The notes below the pieces were generated by a model that was not told where the DNA came from, did not search any database, and saw nothing but the letters and a program-made list of their open reading frames with translations. Shown here piece by piece: positions 29,889 through 32,000 of a stretch of 32,000 nt of DNA. The DNA comes from Synechocystis sp. PCC 6803 substr. PCC-P. Lineage in GTDB: Bacteria > Cyanobacteriota > Cyanobacteriia > Cyanobacteriales > Microcystaceae. Where the stretch lies: positions 120,001 through 152,000 of the forward strand of contig NC_017039.1 of the NCBI RefSeq assembly GCF_000284455.1, in the 5' to 3' direction. The stretch's first letter is position 1. The number at the start of each line of letters is the position of its first letter. Position numbers and translations under genes: made by a program.

Positions 29889-30470
29889 TTACAAACCTTC
29901 TAGGGGTACTCCTAGAAAGCGGGCTAACTCAGCCCCCTGGTTTTCCAATTGGGAGAGCGAAATGGGTTGGCCTGCCCTGGTGAGGGGAATATCTCTTCGC
30001 TGTTTGACTTTGAGGTATAGGGAGCGTTTGGGGTTAACGCCTTCTTTAATTTCCGCCTTTACCGCCTGGACATCGGCAATTTTATTGATCAACTCAATGC
30101 GGCGGTTTTTGCCGGGGAAGCCCCAACGGAAAATGGTCACTTGCCCGGACTTTTTATTGAATTCGTTGTAACCACTGCCGACGTTTAGAGCCATGGTTAG
30201 CCAGAGATAGCCTGCCACTGTGCTGCCGGCCACACCGTAGAAAAGTAGCGCCACACCCTGGGGAATAAACTGCAGTCCGGTGGTGTCACTAACAATCAAA
30301 AGATTTTTGCCAAAGTAGCTAGAAAGGCCGGCCAACAGGAAACCGACACCACCAATGGTAGAAATTCCAGCCCAGAAAAAGTTGCTGAAGCGGCGGGCTC
30401 CCAATACTTCTTGGCGCAAAACTTGGGAAGATTCTGCGAGCGTCTGTCCACCCATGTATTTCTCTAACAA
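29889..30470 (-). CDS. ycf4: Photosystem I assembly protein Ycf4
   Basis: RRFSNFFWAGISTIGGVGFLLAGLSSYFG, LIVSDTTGLQFIPQGVALLFYGVAG, GYNEFNKKSGQVTIFRWGFPGKNRRI. Confidence 0.95.
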   Translation of the reverse strand: MLEKYMGGQTLAESSQVLRQEVLGARRFSNFFWAGISTIGGVGFLLAGLSSYFGKNLLIVSDTTGLQFIPQGVALLFYGVAGSTVAGYLWLTMALNVGSGYNEFNKKSGQVTIFRWGFPGKNRRIELINKIADVQAVKAEIKEGVNPKRSLYLKVKQRRDIPLTRAGQPISLSQLENQGAELARFLGVPLEGL

Positions 30471-30593
30471 TAATTACAACGAAACTAACCATTGAATTTT
30501 ACCCCATCAGGGCTAGGGGCTAGGATGATAGGGCGATCACCTTAGGGGAACTGGGGTCTAACCTCTACCAAATTTTGGGAGCTAGGGGACTTT

Positions 30594-32000
30594 TCAAACG
30601 GTCCCAGAAGGAGGAATACGAAGGCAATAACTTTTTTCATCTCCCCAACGCCCCTGGGTTAACCAAGGGGGATAACCATCTGTCATTACTTGCACCGGCC
30701 CTAACTGGGCCAATTGTCGAGCCCGACGATAATGAAAACTACGTTGGAGGCCGTTATCCAGTTGCTGGGCCAATGTTGATTCCTCTCCGGCGATCGCCAT
30801 CATTGCCCCGGAGGATAGGTACAAAACGTAATGGGGCTGGGTTCCTGGGACTGGCACTAGGAAGCAAAGACCAATGTTACCAACTAAGCCAAGATTATTA
30901 AGGGTTTCAGCCACAAATTCTTCGGTTAGTTTTTCTCCCACCAAGTCACTCACCCGATCGCCCCTACCCACCAAAGCCAGGCAAGGGGTTTTGGCATACC
31001 AATGGGATACCTGCAGGCGATCGCCAAGGCGATAACGGTATAGTCCCCCCAAAGTGGAAATAATTAATTGATAAGTTTGCCCTGTTTGCACTTTGCACAA
31101 GTCAACAATGGTGCCATCAGCGGTCATAAATTCCAACACAATTTGGTTCACTAAGGGCACAAATCCCCCAGCTTTAATTAGAGGAATGGTAATGGGAGCT
31201 TCCGTGGCCAATAAGCCTTTTCCTTGGATAAATACTCCGGGAAAATAAGTCTGTAAAGCCCTAGCTTGTTCCCCGGCAAATAGTTGATCCCAACAGGAAA
31301 TTAATTTTAATTTTGGCCAGATTTTTAGCCAATCAATCGGATCTATTTCTAATGCTTTTCGTCTTGTGTCATCCAGGCGATCACCAAGGGCCGTGATCAG
31401 GGCGTGACGGTGCTGGGCCATAAACGTTAATTGCACTGTCAAAAAAGTTGGACTCCAAAGGGAAATAATTTCTAAGTCTGGATTTTGCAATAAAGCTAAG
31501 GCCAAAGCCCAACGAAAAGCGTCTCCGTCAGGAAAATGATTACCTACCCGTACCAAAAAATGACCACTAAGCCAGCGCAGAGGCCCCGTCAAATAGTCCG
31601 TGTCATCAATGCCCCCAGGGCGATCGCCAAGGGTGGGAGAAACACAAGCATAGGTTTTACCTGTGCGAAAATCTGGGCCATGGTGGAGCAGGTCATAGGC
31701 CCAAACCGCAAACATGGAGGTAAATGCAGTCAGTAAACCATGGGTGTAGGGAATTTGTTTAATCGCGCCAGAACTGCCCGAAGTTTGTTGCCAATAATGA
31801 ATTTTTTCGTTGGTAATTATTGATTGTTTAGGTGAGGTTTGCTGTTGTTCTAACCAGGAAAAAAAATCATCATAGCTAACTACGGGAATAGCCGACCAAG
31901 GAGAGTCTTTAGTGATCCCCAAAGATTGGCCATAACGGGTGTGAGTTAGGCGCTGAATAATTTTGGTTTTTAACCGCTCTTGTTCAACGTCAGGCTGATG
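30594..32000 (-). CDS. GH3-superfamily (auxin-responsive/acyl-adenylate type) protein, 5' end outside window
   Basis: QQTSGSSGAIKQIPYT, GLLATEAPI, GGLYRYRLGDRLQV motifs; the frame stays open from 31922 to 32000 (HQPDVEQERLKTKIIQRLTHTRYGQSLGITKDSPW), so the ORF-track start is not the true start. Confidence 0.85.
   Translation of the reverse strand, partial: HQPDVEQERLKTKIIQRLTHTRYGQSLGITKDSPWSAIPVVSYDDFFSWLEQQQTSPKQSIITNEKIHYWQQTSGSSGAIKQIPYTHGLLTAFTSMFAVWAYDLLHHGPDFRTGKTYACVSPTLGDRPGGIDDTDYLTGPLRWLSGHFLVRVGNHFPDGDAFRWALALALLQNPDLEIISLWSPTFLTVQLTFMAQHRHALITALGDRLDDTRRKALEIDPIDWLKIWPKLKLISCWDQLFAGEQARALQTYFPGVFIQGKGLLATEAPITIPLIKAGGFVPLVNQIVLEFMTADGTIVDLCKVQTGQTYQLIISTLGGLYRYRLGDRLQVSHWYAKTPCLALVGRGDRVSDLVGEKLTEEFVAETLNNLGLVGNIGLCFLVPVPGTQPHYVLYLSSGAMMAIAGEESTLAQQLDNGLQRSFHYRRARQLAQLGPVQVMTDGYPPWLTQGRWGDEKSYCLRIPPSGTV

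Overview
This window looks like a chromosomal segment of a Synechocystis-type cyanobacterium. It has dense HIP1 octamers (GCGATCGC) and cyanobacterial genes in an order I recognise from Synechocystis sp. PCC 6803 (recall only, no database lookup). Most of it is core genome: Hik33/NblS histidine kinase, psaD, trpE, crtE, a CPBP protease, phoU, rimP-nusA-ylxR-infB, a GST-like gene, glgX, cobM, a BlaI/BlaR-like pair, PrxQ/BCP, a thiamine-binding-type protein, a tandem USP, an HDAC-family gene, an agmatinase-family gene, a periplasmic cyclophilin, ycf4 and a GH3-family gene. Observations beyond the ORF track: (1) psbM, a 35-aa photosystem II gene too small for the track, sits on the minus strand at 26724..26831 and is followed by a strong minus-strand intrinsic terminator. 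(2) An intact ISY100/IS630-Tc1-mariner element at 3475..4420 has its transposase split in two frames exactly at an A9G run containing the slippery heptamer A_AAA_AAG; a -1 shift gives a 282-aa protein. (3) An internally deleted relative of this IS lies at about 21097..21446. (4) A possible MITE-like inverted-repeat element lies at about 23856..23995. (5) An HLR1-like site lies in the Hik33/psaD divergent region. (6) Two convergent genes overlap by 20 bp, with a symmetrical terminator-like hairpin at the overlap. (7) A small integrase/ribbon-helix-helix accessory patch sits at the left end. I found no convincing undescribed multi-gene defence or other novel system.
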